From an uncultured Actinomycetes bacterium (lineage in GTDB: Bacteria; Actinomycetota; Thermoleophilia; UBA2241), in contig CAVYCN010000014.1 of the NCBI GenBank assembly GCA_963767005.1, positions 19,185-83,184 of the forward strand: a DNA stretch of 64,000 nt, written 5' to 3'. Shown here piece by piece: positions 46,404 to 56,382 of the stretch. Each line of letters starts with the position of its first letter. Position 1 is the stretch's first letter. The translations under genes and the position numbers were made by a program. The notes under the pieces are model-generated. The model ran no database searches, was not told where the DNA came from, and saw only the letters and a program-made list of their open reading frames with translations.

Positions 46404-48326
46404 GTGACGGACGGATTCGAACAGGGACAGCTCATCGCCGGCCGCTACCGCGTGCTGCGCAAGCTCGGGGCCGGCGGCATGGCCGACGTCTATCTCGCCG
46501 AGGACGCCACGCTCGGCCGGCGCGTCGCCGTCAAGGTGCTGCTCCAGCGCTACGCCGGCGACGCCCAGTTCGTCGAGCGCTTCCGGCGCGAGGCCCAGGC
46601 CGCCGCCCGCATCAACCACCCCAACATCGTCAATATCTACGACTGGGGACCGGTCGACGGCACGTACTACATCGTCATGGAGTACGTGGAGGGCGAGACG
46701 CTCAAGGACCACATCCGCCGCGAGGGCCGCTACGGCCCGGGCGAGGCGGTGCGCATCGCCCTCGAGCTGCTCGGCGCGGTGCAGGTCGCTCACGCCGCCC
46801 ACATCGTGCACCGCGACATCAAGTCGCAGAACATCCTGATCGACCCGTCCGGGACGGTGAAGGTCACCGATTTCGGCATCGCCAAGGCCGACGACTCGCA
46901 GATGACCGAGGCCGGCTCGATCCTGGGCACCGCCCAGTACCTCGCCCCCGAGCAGGCCAAGGGCGAGCCGGTCGACGAGCGCAGCGACCTCTACTCGGTG
47001 GGCGTCGTCTTCTACGAGATGCTGACCGGCACGCTGCCCTTCCGCGGCGACAGCGCCGTGACCGTGGCCCTCAAGCACGTGAGCGAGCAGCCGCCCGAGC
47101 CGGCCGAGCTCGTGCCGGGCCTGCCTTACTCGCTCAACCAGATCGTGCTGAAGGCGCTCGCCAAGAGCCCCGACCAGCGCTACAGCACGGCTGCCGAGTT
47201 CAGCGCCGACCTCGTGGCGGCGCGCAGCGGCGGGCCGCTGCTGGCCGCCACCTACGACCCCTCGCTCGAGCGCACCACCGTGCAGCCGCCCGACGCGGCC
47301 GAGGGCACGACGCGCGTCCTGCCCCGGGCGGCGCCCGGGGCGGTCGCCGGCGCCACCGGCGTCACCGCGGTGAGCCCCGGGCGCCGCCGCCGCAAGCGCT
47401 CACCGTGGCCCTGGATCGCGCTCGTCGCCTTCGTCGTGATCGCCGCCGTCGCCGGCGTGCTCGTGTGGCGCGCCTTCTTCGACACGACGACGGTCGCCGT
47501 GCCCCCGGTCGTCGGCCAGACTCAAGCCTCGGCGACCGCCGAGCTGCGCGCCGATCACTTCGGCGTCAAGGTGCACGATGATTACTCCGACCAGTACGGC
47601 GTCGGCCTCGTCACGAGGCAGCAGCCGATGACCGGCTCGAAGCTCGCCAAGGGCGGCACGGTCGACATCTGGGTGAGCCGCGGAGCGGCGTCGACGACTC
47701 TGGAGAATCTCGCCACCCTGAAGCCGGCCGCCGTGAAGGTCTATCTGGCCGGGTTCGGCCTGGTCGGCCGCGAGCTCTTCGGCACGTCGGCGAGCGTGCC
47801 GAAGGGCGAGGTCTACCGCCAGCAGCCGGTCGCGGGCACGAGCGTCAAGCGCGGCGCCACCGTCACGTACTGGGTCAGCAGCGGCCAGCCTCAGGTGAAG
47901 GTCCCCGACCTGTCCGGGGACGACCAGACGCAGGCGACCGCCGACCTGCAGGCCGTCGGCCTGCTGCTCGGCACCGTCGGAACGACGACGAGCGACAGCG
48001 TGCCGCTCGGCGACGTCGTCAGCCAGGACCCACCGGCCTTCACGCTCGTCCCCAAGGGGAGCAAGGTCACGATCGTGATCAGCAGCGGCTCGCCGTCGCC
48101 GAGCGTCTCGCCCTCGGCGAGCGCCTCGGACTCGCCGACCACGGTGCCGAGCGTGGTCACCATGCCCGAGGCTCAGGCCGAGATCCTGCTGCAGAACGAC
48201 GGCTTCGTGGTGCGCGTCAGGCGCGGCACGAGCTCGCTCGGCTCGGGCTACGTCTACGACCAGGACCCGGCCGGCGACAGCACGGCGGCGGCCGGCAGCG
48301 TCGTCATCATCTGGGTCGCCAAGTAG
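46404..48326 (+). CDS. pknB: PASTA-domain Ser/Thr kinase
   Basis: GAGGMADVY, HRDIKSQN, DFGIAK, GTAQYLAPEQ; TM; about 4 PASTA repeats. Confidence 0.95.
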   Translation: MTDGFEQGQLIAGRYRVLRKLGAGGMADVYLAEDATLGRRVAVKVLLQRYAGDAQFVERFRREAQAAARINHPNIVNIYDWGPVDGTYYIVMEYVEGETLKDHIRREGRYGPGEAVRIALELLGAVQVAHAAHIVHRDIKSQNILIDPSGTVKVTDFGIAKADDSQMTEAGSILGTAQYLAPEQAKGEPVDERSDLYSVGVVFYEMLTGTLPFRGDSAVTVALKHVSEQPPEPAELVPGLPYSLNQIVLKALAKSPDQRYSTAAEFSADLVAARSGGPLLAATYDPSLERTTVQPPDAAEGTTRVLPRAAPGAVAGATGVTAVSPGRRRRKRSPWPWIALVAFVVIAAVAGVLVWRAFFDTTTVAVPPVVGQTQASATAELRADHFGVKVHDDYSDQYGVGLVTRQQPMTGSKLAKGGTVDIWVSRGAASTTLENLATLKPAAVKVYLAGFGLVGRELFGTSASVPKGEVYRQQPVAGTSVKRGATVTYWVSSGQPQVKVPDLSGDDQTQATADLQAVGLLLGTVGTTTSDSVPLGDVVSQDPPAFTLVPKGSKVTIVISSGSPSPSVSPSASASDSPTTVPSVVTMPEAQAEILLQNDGFVVRVRRGTSSLGSGYVYDQDPAGDSTAAAGSVVIIWVAK

Positions 48327-48426
48327 CCCGGCGGGCGCCGCCCGCTGCTCTTCGCTCCTCGCACATCGTGCCGCGCTCGTGGCTGACCCGAAGGTCGCGC
48401 CGTCGCCTTCGAGGGCGACCCTTGCC

Positions 48427-49422
48427 TCAGGCGTGCGCGAAGGCGATCACGTACACCAGGTACGCCGCGTACATCGAGCCGGCGCCGCAGAGCGTGAACC
48501 ACGTGAGCTTGTGGCGCAGGCGCAACTGGGCCGAGAAGACGATCCCCGACGTCAGGGCGAGCAGGCCGCTCACGAGACCGGTGCGGGTGAGCTGCCACGA
48601 GGTGAAGATCAGGCCGATCGACACCGGGAAGGTGCTCTGGAAGACCATCGCGCCGGTGATGTTGCCGAGGGCCAGGGTGTCCTTGCCCTGGCGCACCCAG
48701 ATGATCGAGTTGAACTTCTCGGGCAGCTCGGTGGCGAGCGGGCTCAGGATGAGCGAGACGAGCAGCGGGTCGATGCCGAGGCTCGTGCTCACGTGCTGCA
48801 CCTCGCCGACGAAGAAGCGCGCGCCGAGCACGATGCCCAGCGTCGCGACGATCACCTGCAGGATGATGCGGCGCCGGTGGGGCATGACCGGGTGGCGGTG
48901 AAAGTAGAGCGGCTTGGTCTCGCCCTCGAGTTCGCCGCCGCCCGCCATCGTGCGCCACACGTACCAGCCGTAGGCGACCAGCAGGCAGGGCGAGAGGATC
49001 CACTTGAAGTGGTGCACCGGCACGACCCCGGCGACCATCGCCGCGCCGTAGGCGATCACGAAGAACGACAGGTCGCGGCGCAGGACCGTCTCGTTGATCG
49101 AGAAGTCGAGCGTGCGCCGGCGGCGCAGGTAGAAGACCACGACGGCGCCGCCGGTGACCACCATCGTGAGGCTCGACAGCATGAACGGCGCCCCGAGGAT
49201 GGCGCCGATGCCGATGTCCTTCGAGCCGCTCGAGTGGGTGAAGAGGATGGCGATGATCGGGATCAGCGTCTCGGGCAGCGCCGTGCCGACCGCGGCGAGC
49301 ACGCTGCCGACCGCCCCTTCGCCGAGCTCGAAGACGCGCCCGAACCACTCGATGCCGTTCGTGAAGAGCTCAGACGAGAGGAGGATGAGCCCGAGGGCGG
49401 CGAGCAGGTAGACGACGGTCAT
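48427..49422 (-). CDS. Sodium:calcium (CaCA) antiporter
   Basis: alpha-1 GTALPE and alpha-2 ATELPE repeats, ALGNITG. Confidence 0.9.
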   Translation of the reverse strand: MTVVYLLAALGLILLSSELFTNGIEWFGRVFELGEGAVGSVLAAVGTALPETLIPIIAILFTHSSGSKDIGIGAILGAPFMLSSLTMVVTGGAVVVFYLRRRRTLDFSINETVLRRDLSFFVIAYGAAMVAGVVPVHHFKWILSPCLLVAYGWYVWRTMAGGGELEGETKPLYFHRHPVMPHRRRIILQVIVATLGIVLGARFFVGEVQHVSTSLGIDPLLVSLILSPLATELPEKFNSIIWVRQGKDTLALGNITGAMVFQSTFPVSIGLIFTSWQLTRTGLVSGLLALTSGIVFSAQLRLRHKLTWFTLCGAGSMYAAYLVYVIAFAHA

Positions 49423-49499
49423 GGCCCGGGCAGCTTACCACGCGCCCCGGCGGGCGCTCCCGAGCATCGCGGCCGGACGGGCGACGGGGGCCGCACGGA

Positions 49500-49545
49500 C
49501 GACGGGCGGGGCGGGGCCGCTTAAGCGGCCCCGCCCCGCCCGTCG
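49500..49545. terminator. 46-bp perfect palindrome downstream of the NCS2 gene
   Basis: cgacgggcggggcggggccgctt|aagcggccccgccccgcccgtcg. Confidence 0.7.
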
Positions 49546-49560
49546 CTTCCGCTTCTGCTT

Positions 49561-51051
49561 CTAGCCGATGTTGAAGACCTTGCGGATGAACGGGAAGGCG
49601 AAGTAGATGACGAAGCCGAGCGAGGCGGCGTACATCATCCAGTGCACCGTCCTGGCCTTGCCCTGAGCGATCTTGATGAGGCAGAACGAGATGAAGCCGG
49701 CGCCGATGCCGTCGGTGATCGTGTAAGTGAGCGGCATGATCGTGATCGTCAGCACCGCCGGCAGGCCGAACGAGATGTCCGAGAAGTCGATGCCCGAGAA
49801 CGGCCTGCGCTGACCGCTCTCCTCGTGCTCGGCCATGCCCTCGCCCTCGGTCAGGGTGCGCATCATCATGAAGCCGACGATGATCAGGGCGGGTGCGGTG
49901 GCGTTGGCCGGCACCACCCCGGCGATCGGCGAGAAGAACATCGACACGACGAAGAGCGCGGCGATGATCACCCCGACCCAGCCGGTGCGGCCGCCGACGC
50001 CTACGCCGGAACCCGACTCGATGTAGGTGGTCGCCGACGACGACGACACGACGCCGCCGGCGATGGCGGCCACGGAGTCGACGATCAGGGGCTTGACCAC
50101 GTCGGGCAGGTCGCCGTTTTTGTCGAGGTAGCCGGCCTGGCCGCCGACCCCGATCAGGGTGCCCATGGTGTCGAAGAAGTCGGACAGCATGAGGCTGAAG
50201 ACCCAGAGGATGGTGGCCGCGATGCCGAGCTTGCTGAAGGCCGAGAAGTCGAAGTGGCCGACGACGCCGAAGTCGGGCGCCGCGAAGATCTTGCTCGGGA
50301 TGACGGCCGTCCCGGGGGCGAAGGAGGTCTTGCTGTAGGCGTAGTTCAGGATGATGGCGAAGATCGTCGAGAAGACGATGCCGAGCAGGATGGCGGCTTT
50401 CCAGCCGCGCGCCAGCATGATGATCGTCACGGCGAGGCCGAACAGGGTGACGGCCACCGGCACGCCGATCAGGTTGCCGAGCAGCACCGGCGTGCTCGAG
50501 GCGCTGCCGACCACGACGATGCCGCCGTCGACCAGGCCGATGAACAAGATGAAGAAGCCGATGCCGATGGCGATCGCCTTCTTGAGCTGCAGGGGGATCG
50601 CCCGGAAGATCGCCTCGCGCAGCCCGGTGAGCACGAGGATGGTGATGACGACGCCCTCCATCACGACGATGCCCATGGCGCCCTTCATGGTGAGGCCGCC
50701 GGCGGCGACCAGGCTGAAGGCGACCACGGCGTTGATGCCGAGACCGGGGGCGAGCGCGTAGGCGCGGTTCGTGTAGAGACCCATGATCAGGGTCATCACG
50801 GCGGCGACCAGGCAGGTCGACGTAAGCACAGCCGCGAACGGCAGACCCTTGGGCTCGAGCGCCTTGATGCCGGCGAAGCTCAGGATCGACGGGTTCACGA
50901 AGATGATGTAGGCCATGACCATGAAGGTCGTCAGACCCGCCAGGGTGTCGCGCCGCAGCGTCGTGCCGTTGGCCTTGAACTTGAAGAAGCGTTCGAGCGC
51001 TCCCCCGCCGGGCGCCTGAACCGGGGCGGCGGTATCGGACCCCACTGACAT
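49561..51051 (-). CDS. NCS2 family purine permease (AzgA/PbuG-like)
   Basis: AGLTTFMVMAYIIFVNP, APGLGINA, DFFDTMGT, TTYIESGSG..GGRTG; GGAGG RBS. Confidence 0.93.
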   Translation of the reverse strand: MSVGSDTAAPVQAPGGGALERFFKFKANGTTLRRDTLAGLTTFMVMAYIIFVNPSILSFAGIKALEPKGLPFAAVLTSTCLVAAVMTLIMGLYTNRAYALAPGLGINAVVAFSLVAAGGLTMKGAMGIVVMEGVVITILVLTGLREAIFRAIPLQLKKAIAIGIGFFILFIGLVDGGIVVVGSASSTPVLLGNLIGVPVAVTLFGLAVTIIMLARGWKAAILLGIVFSTIFAIILNYAYSKTSFAPGTAVIPSKIFAAPDFGVVGHFDFSAFSKLGIAATILWVFSLMLSDFFDTMGTLIGVGGQAGYLDKNGDLPDVVKPLIVDSVAAIAGGVVSSSSATTYIESGSGVGVGGRTGWVGVIIAALFVVSMFFSPIAGVVPANATAPALIIVGFMMMRTLTEGEGMAEHEESGQRRPFSGIDFSDISFGLPAVLTITIMPLTYTITDGIGAGFISFCLIKIAQGKARTVHWMMYAASLGFVIYFAFPFIRKVFNIG

Positions 51052-51325
51052 CCTGCGACCTCCCTTTGCCATGAACGAGAACGAGACCCCCTCCGGACGT
51101 CTCGGTTGAGGAGCGTATGTGACCGGGGCGGGCGGTGCAAACGGCTCGTGCGCACTGCCTTTGGGCCAAGCCGCGGCCCGCGGAAAGCACGCAGATTTCC
51201 CCGGTGCGCGCCCGCCCAACCGCGGCTGGCCGGCGCCGCGTCTTCGAGGACGTTTGACAGGCCGGGGCGGCGCCGATATCTTCAGCGGCTGCGCGACGCC
51301 GACCAGAAAGGACGACCACAGCTTC

Positions 51326-52588
51326 GTGGATGCCGACCCCGGCCGATTAGCGCTTTCCGAGCTCGAGTCGATGAGGGTCGTCGACCCGTCGGGCGCCGAC
51401 CTCGGCGAGCTGCTCGACGTGCTCGCCTCCCTGTCCAGCGAACCGCCCGTCGTCGCCGGCTGCATCGTGGGCCGCGACGACGAGCAGCTCCGCGCGGCCT
51501 GGGACCAGATCGCCGAGATCGACGTCGACGCCCGCCGACTGGTGCTGTCGGCCACGGCCGACCAGCTCGCCGGCGCGTCGCTCGCCGGCGACGAGATCGC
51601 CCTGGTCGACGCGGTGCTCGACAACCAGGTGCTCGCCGTCGAGCGCCGCAAGTTCGTGCGCGTACAGGACGTGCTGCTCGACGTCGGCGAGGGCCGTCTC
51701 GTCGTCGCCGGTGTCGATGCCTCGAGCGGCGCGGTCATGCGGCGCATGGGTCTCGGTTTCCTGTCGCGGCGCCTGGCGGCGCGGCCCGGCGACTTCGTCC
51801 CCTGGAGCGACGTCAATCTCATCTCGGTGCGCCTGTCGCAGGCCAACTTCATCGACGCCATCGCCGAGATCGCCCAGCTCCACCCGGCCGACCTCGCCGA
51901 CGTGATCGGCCAGGTCGGCCCGCGTCAGCGCGCCGCCGTGCTGGCCGCGCTCAACGACCCGCTCGCCGCCGACACTCTCGAAGAGATGGACGACGAGCTC
52001 GCCTCGGCGGCGCTCGTCGAGATGCCGCGCGAGCGTGCCGCCGGCGTCATCGGCCACATCGAGCCCGACGACGCCGCCGACATGCTGGCCGACCTGCCCG
52101 ACGAGGTGGTCGAGGAGATCCTGGCGCGTCTGCCGGCCGACCTCGCCCTCGCGCTGCGCGGTCTGGCGAGCCACCCCGAGCACTCGGCCGGCGCCCTCAT
52201 GACGACCGACGTCGTCGCCCTGCCGGGTGTGCTCGACGCCGCGGCGGCGCTCGTGAGCATCCGCGACCAGCAGCCCAGCGCCACCGCTCTCGCCGCCATC
52301 TTCGTGGTCGACGACGACGGCCGCCTGTCCGGCGCGCTCGGCCTGCCCGAGCTCGTGCTCGCCGATCCCGGGCGGTCGCTGGCCGCGCTCATGGACCCGG
52401 ACTGGCCGCGTGCCGCGGTCGACACCCAAGAAGACGAGGTCGGCCGCCTCATGACCAAGTACGACCTGCTGGCGCTGCCCGTGGTCGACGACGACGGCCG
52501 CCTGATCGGCATCGTCACGCTCGACGACGCGCTCGACGCGATCGTGCCGGCCGACTGGAAGACGCGCCTGCCGCGCCTGTTCCGCTAG
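51326..52588 (+). CDS. MgtE intracellular N-domain/CBS protein (no TM domain)
   Basis: LHPADLADVI, PDDAADML, SAGALMTT, KYDLLALPVVD..GRLIGIVTLDD. Confidence 0.88.
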   Translation: MDADPGRLALSELESMRVVDPSGADLGELLDVLASLSSEPPVVAGCIVGRDDEQLRAAWDQIAEIDVDARRLVLSATADQLAGASLAGDEIALVDAVLDNQVLAVERRKFVRVQDVLLDVGEGRLVVAGVDASSGAVMRRMGLGFLSRRLAARPGDFVPWSDVNLISVRLSQANFIDAIAEIAQLHPADLADVIGQVGPRQRAAVLAALNDPLAADTLEEMDDELASAALVEMPRERAAGVIGHIEPDDAADMLADLPDEVVEEILARLPADLALALRGLASHPEHSAGALMTTDVVALPGVLDAAAALVSIRDQQPSATALAAIFVVDDDGRLSGALGLPELVLADPGRSLAALMDPDWPRAAVDTQEDEVGRLMTKYDLLALPVVDDDGRLIGIVTLDDALDAIVPADWKTRLPRLFR

Positions 52589-53181
52589 GCCGGGATGGTG
52601 GCCGGCTCCGGGCCGGCCTGCTCGGCGGCGCGCCGGCGGCGCGGCACGGCGACGAGCGTCTCGAGCTCGAGTCGGTAGCGGCCCACGTGGCCGGCCGTGC
52701 GCACCCGCGTGAAGCCGCTGCCCTCGAGCACCTGCGCGTTGAAGAGATTGAGCTCGCGCAAGTAGCCGACGAAGCGCTCGTCGGGGCTCGGATGGCGCAG
52801 GGCGTAGGCCTCGAGCGCCGCGATCCGGCGCAGCTTGAGGGCAGCGACGACGTCCTGCAGGAGGAACTGGAAGCCCGAGAGGAACTGCTCGTCGTAGAAG
52901 AAGGCGCAGGCGAGCAGGTACGAGTCGGGCGAGGGTGAGCCGGCCGGCAGGCCGGCGCGTACCAGGGCGGCCGGCACGACCTGCATCCAGCCGAGCACGT
53001 CGGCGCCGTCGTCGAGCAGTGCCCGGCCGAACATGCCGGCCTCGGCTTCGATCGCCGCCTCCCAGCTCGGGCGCTCGACGCCGGTCGCTATGGGCCCGTG
53101 GGCAGGCTGCCACCACGTGCAGACCATGCACTCGGCGGGCAGGAGGTCGCGACTGGCGACGTTCAGGTCGACGCACTTCAC
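52585..53181 (-). CDS. GNAT-like hypothetical protein
   Basis: CMVCTWW...GWMQV.P...SPDSYLLAC...ALEAY; resembles actinobacterial Rv3916c-type proteins. Confidence 0.65.
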   Translation of the reverse strand: MKCVDLNVASRDLLPAECMVCTWWQPAHGPIATGVERPSWEAAIEAEAGMFGRALLDDGADVLGWMQVVPAALVRAGLPAGSPSPDSYLLACAFFYDEQFLSGFQFLLQDVVAALKLRRIAALEAYALRHPSPDERFVGYLRELNLFNAQVLEGSGFTRVRTAGHVGRYRLELETLVAVPRRRRAAEQAGPEPATIPA

Positions 53182-53525
53182 GTCGCGGCGGCGGGCCCCC
53201 AGACGATGTCGTCGATGTGGACCGCGATCTCGTCGAGGTCGATACCCGTCATGCTATGGAGGTACGAGCCGACGGCGGTGCGGATCTGGGGCACGAGCTC
53301 GGGCAGCCGCGCCGCCGGGGTGATGTCGACGTGCAGGTCGAGCACGAGCCTTCCCTCGCGCTCCTCGAGACGCACCGGGCCGAGCCGGTCGAGGTGCACG
53401 CGCTCGCCGAGCGACTGCAGGGTGGAGCGGTGCAGGTCGGCCAGGCCGGGCAGGCCCTTGATCGCGTCCCAGACGTAGGTCGCGACGACCTCGGGCGAGT
53501 AGCTCTTGTTGGCAAAGTCGCTCAA
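53178..53525 (-). CDS. Asp23/Gls24 family envelope stress protein
   Basis: SPEVVATY...PGLA.L...V...IR..V..YL..MTG......VHIDDI; TTG start. Confidence 0.75.
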   Translation of the reverse strand: MSDFANKSYSPEVVATYVWDAIKGLPGLADLHRSTLQSLGERVHLDRLGPVRLEEREGRLVLDLHVDITPAARLPELVPQIRTAVGSYLHSMTGIDLDEIAVHIDDIVWGPAAAT

Positions 53526-53578
53526 TGCCGCCTCGCGTGTCGGCGGGTCGGATGCCCGCGCTCCGGCTGACCGCCCGA

Positions 53579-53618
53579 TTATAGCGAATTGGACCCCGCC
53601 GCCGGCTCGCTCTATACT
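53579..53618. promoter_or_regulatory. Overlapping divergent sigma70-type promoters
   Basis: Minus-strand TATAAT at about 53579-53584; plus-strand TTGGAC-N18-TATACT at 53589-53618. Confidence 0.5.
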
Positions 53619-53691
53619 CACGCTTCGGTGACCCGGGCGCACGCCGCAGGTCGCCTCTCTTCCTTGTCACCCGGTTCGTACGGACGGTCAC

Positions 53692-55125
53692 ATGGCCACC
53701 ATCTATCGCGCCGAATGGCTGCTTCCCATCTCCGCCCCGCCCGTCAGGAACGGCGCCGTGGCGGTCGACGGCGAGCGCATCGTCGCCGTGGGCACCCTGC
53801 CAGAGGTGCTCGCCGCCTGCGCCGGCGCCAGCATGGTCGACTTCGACCAGGCCGTGCTGCTGCCCGGTTTTGTGAACGCGCACAGCCACCTCGAATACAC
53901 GAGCTTCCGCGGCATGTTCGACGACCGGCAGTTCGGCGACTGGATCATCGACCTGGTCGACGTCAAGGCCTCGCTCACGCCCGACGAGTATCTGTGGAGC
54001 GCGCGCCTCGGGGCCCTCGAGGCGCTGTCCTCGGGCGTCACGACCATCGCCGACACCACCTACACCGGCGAGACCCTGACCGCGGCGACCGAGGCCGGCC
54101 TGCGCGGCGTCGCCTACCTCGAGGTCTTCGGCATCGACGACAAGCGCCTCGACGAGACGCTGGCCGACCTCGACGAGCGTCTGGCGCGGGCCCGCAAGCA
54201 GGCCGGCCCGCGCCTCGAGATCGGTATCGCGCCGCACGCCCCGTACACCGTGTCGAGCCGCCTGTTCCAGACGCTCGCCGGCCTGGCCCGCGAGCGTCAC
54301 ATGAAGGTCGCCAGCCACGTGGCCGAGAGCCGCGAAGAGGTCACCTACATCCGCTCGGGCTCCGGCAAGTTCGCCCACGACTATCGCGAGAAGATGGGTT
54401 GGGAGCGCATGCTGATCCAGCCCTACGGCGTGAGCCCGATCAAGTACCTGCAGCAGTGGGGCGTGTTCGACGAGAGCTTCCTCGCGGTGCACTGCGTCCA
54501 GGCGAGTATCGACGACATCCGCATCCTGAAGGCGGCGGGCGCCGCCGTCGCCCACTGCCCCAAGAGCAACGCCAAGACCGGCTGCGGCATCGCTCCGCTG
54601 CACGACCTGCTGCGGCAGGGCGTGCGGGTCGGCTTCGGCACCGACAGCCCGGCGGCCAGCAACATCATGGACATGTTCGACGAGATGCGCACCGCCCTGT
54701 TCCTGCACCGCGGCGTCGAGCGCGACGTGCGCGTGCTGAACGCGCAACAGTGCGTCCGGATCGCCACCCTGGGCGGCGCCGAGGCGCTCGGCTTGGCCGA
54801 CCGGGTGGGCTCGCTCGAGCCCGGCAAGCAGGCCGACCTGATCGCCGTCGACGTGTCGGGCTCGCACTTCATCCCGATCGACGACCCCTACTCGGCCCTC
54901 GTGTACGGCGCCAACCAGGACGACGTCCTGTTCACGGCCGTGGCCGGCGAGGAGCTCTATCGCGACGGCCGCTTCGCCCGGCTCGAGGCCGACACGGTCC
55001 GCGCCGAGAGTCGCCGCGTGCGCGCCAAGCTGCAGGCGCGGGTGCGTGCGGGCAGGGTGCAGGTCGGCGCCGCCGAATCCGGCTGGTGGCATACATCGTC
55101 GCCGGCCGATACGAGGGAGAGCTGA
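53692..55125 (+). CDS. Amidohydrolase (MtaD/aminofutalosine deaminase-like)
   Basis: PGFVNAHSHLE, PHAPYT, HVAES, VHC, HCPKSN, GTDS. Confidence 0.88.
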   Translation: MATIYRAEWLLPISAPPVRNGAVAVDGERIVAVGTLPEVLAACAGASMVDFDQAVLLPGFVNAHSHLEYTSFRGMFDDRQFGDWIIDLVDVKASLTPDEYLWSARLGALEALSSGVTTIADTTYTGETLTAATEAGLRGVAYLEVFGIDDKRLDETLADLDERLARARKQAGPRLEIGIAPHAPYTVSSRLFQTLAGLARERHMKVASHVAESREEVTYIRSGSGKFAHDYREKMGWERMLIQPYGVSPIKYLQQWGVFDESFLAVHCVQASIDDIRILKAAGAAVAHCPKSNAKTGCGIAPLHDLLRQGVRVGFGTDSPAASNIMDMFDEMRTALFLHRGVERDVRVLNAQQCVRIATLGGAEALGLADRVGSLEPGKQADLIAVDVSGSHFIPIDDPYSALVYGANQDDVLFTAVAGEELYRDGRFARLEADTVRAESRRVRAKLQARVRAGRVQVGAAESGWWHTSSPADTRES

Positions 55126-55787
55126 TGCTTCTCAACCGCAAGCGCGTGAAGTTCTGGCAGAAGATCATCTTCGGCTTCATGGCCGCGCTCATGGCGTCGT
55201 TCCTGATCTTCGGCTACTCGGGCATCGCGTCGGGCTGCAGCCACGGCTCGGCATCGAACACGGGCAACAGCGGCTACGACTCGCAGATCAAGGCCGCGCT
55301 CAAGCAGCTCGCCAAGGACCCGCAGAACGCGGCGGCGCTGATGAGCGCCGCGCAGGCCTACACGGCGGCGGCCGGGACGATCGCGAGCGGCCAGGTGGCG
55401 ACCTCGCAGCAGACGACCGACCTCACAAACGCCCTCACCTACTACGAGCGCTACGTCAAGCTGCCCGACTCGCGGCTCGGGTCGGCGGCGGCCGGGCTGC
55501 GCGTCAACGCCCTGATCTCCGAGGCGGCGATCTACGGCGACCTCATCGACTACAAGAGCGCCGTGGCGACCTACGAGCGCGCCCTCAAGATCCAGCCGGC
55601 ACGCTCGGAGTTCTACCTGACCATCGCCGCCGACGAGATCAACGCCGGCGACAAGACCGCCGCCATCAAGGCCTACAAGAAGTTCCTCGCCCTCGACCCG
55701 AACTCGCAGTACGCCGCCCAGGTCAAGACCGCGCTGGCGGAGCTCCAGGGCACGGCCTCGCCGTCGCCCTCGCCGAGCGCGACATGA
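55125..55787 (+). CDS. Membrane-anchored TPR protein
   Basis: N-terminal TM; AVATYERALKIQP and AIKAYKKFLALDPNS TPR motifs. Confidence 0.85.
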   Translation: MLLNRKRVKFWQKIIFGFMAALMASFLIFGYSGIASGCSHGSASNTGNSGYDSQIKAALKQLAKDPQNAAALMSAAQAYTAAAGTIASGQVATSQQTTDLTNALTYYERYVKLPDSRLGSAAAGLRVNALISEAAIYGDLIDYKSAVATYERALKIQPARSEFYLTIAADEINAGDKTAAIKAYKKFLALDPNSQYAAQVKTALAELQGTASPSPSPSAT

Positions 55788-55809
55788 TGACGCGAACGAT
55801 GGGACAGCC

Positions 55810-56154
55810 ATGACCGACTTCTCGAGCCAGCAGTCGCAGCTCACCGACGGCCTCGGCCTGGTCGAGGTCAGCGGCGAGGTCGACCTCTACACGGCGCCGC
55901 GCTTCAAGGAGGACCTCGTCGCGCTCATCGAGACCGGCGTGGAGCACGTGATCGTCGACCTTTCGCGGGTGACGTTCATCGACTCCACGGCGCTCGGCGT
56001 GATCATCAGCGGGGTCAAGCGCCTGGCCGAGCGCGAAGGCCGCCTGGCGATCGTCGCCGGCTCGCGGCCCGTGGTGCGCATCCTCGCCGTCACCGGCCTG
56101 GACAAGATCCTCACCGTGTTCGACACGCGCGCGGCGGCGCTCGCCGCGTTCTAG
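55810..56154 (+). CDS. STAS anti-sigma factor antagonist (BldG/RsbV-like)
   Basis: GEVDLYTAP...VDLSRVTFIDSTALG...ILAVTGLD. Confidence 0.92.
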   Translation: MTDFSSQQSQLTDGLGLVEVSGEVDLYTAPRFKEDLVALIETGVEHVIVDLSRVTFIDSTALGVIISGVKRLAEREGRLAIVAGSRPVVRILAVTGLDKILTVFDTRAAALAAF

Positions 56155-56382
56155 GGCCGACGATCCGAGCGCGTCGTCGCGCTCGGGCCGGCGGCACAGT
56201 GCGCCCGGCCCGGTGGCGTCGCCGCCGGTCCGGCGCCGTGACGGCCGTGTGAGCCTTGCCCGGCTGGGGCATACCGTAGACCGCCCGAGGGGACGGCGCC
56301 TGTCGACAAGGCACCGGTCGCGGTGGTACAAGTCGCCTACCTCATCGCCGGACGCAGCAACGACCAAGGATGGACCGCGCCT

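Noticed and set aside
51052-51260. Purine riboswitch upstream of the NCS2 permease
   Set aside because: No purine-aptamer consensus recognised; only a plausible TTGCAC-N17-TACGCT promoter and one short hairpin
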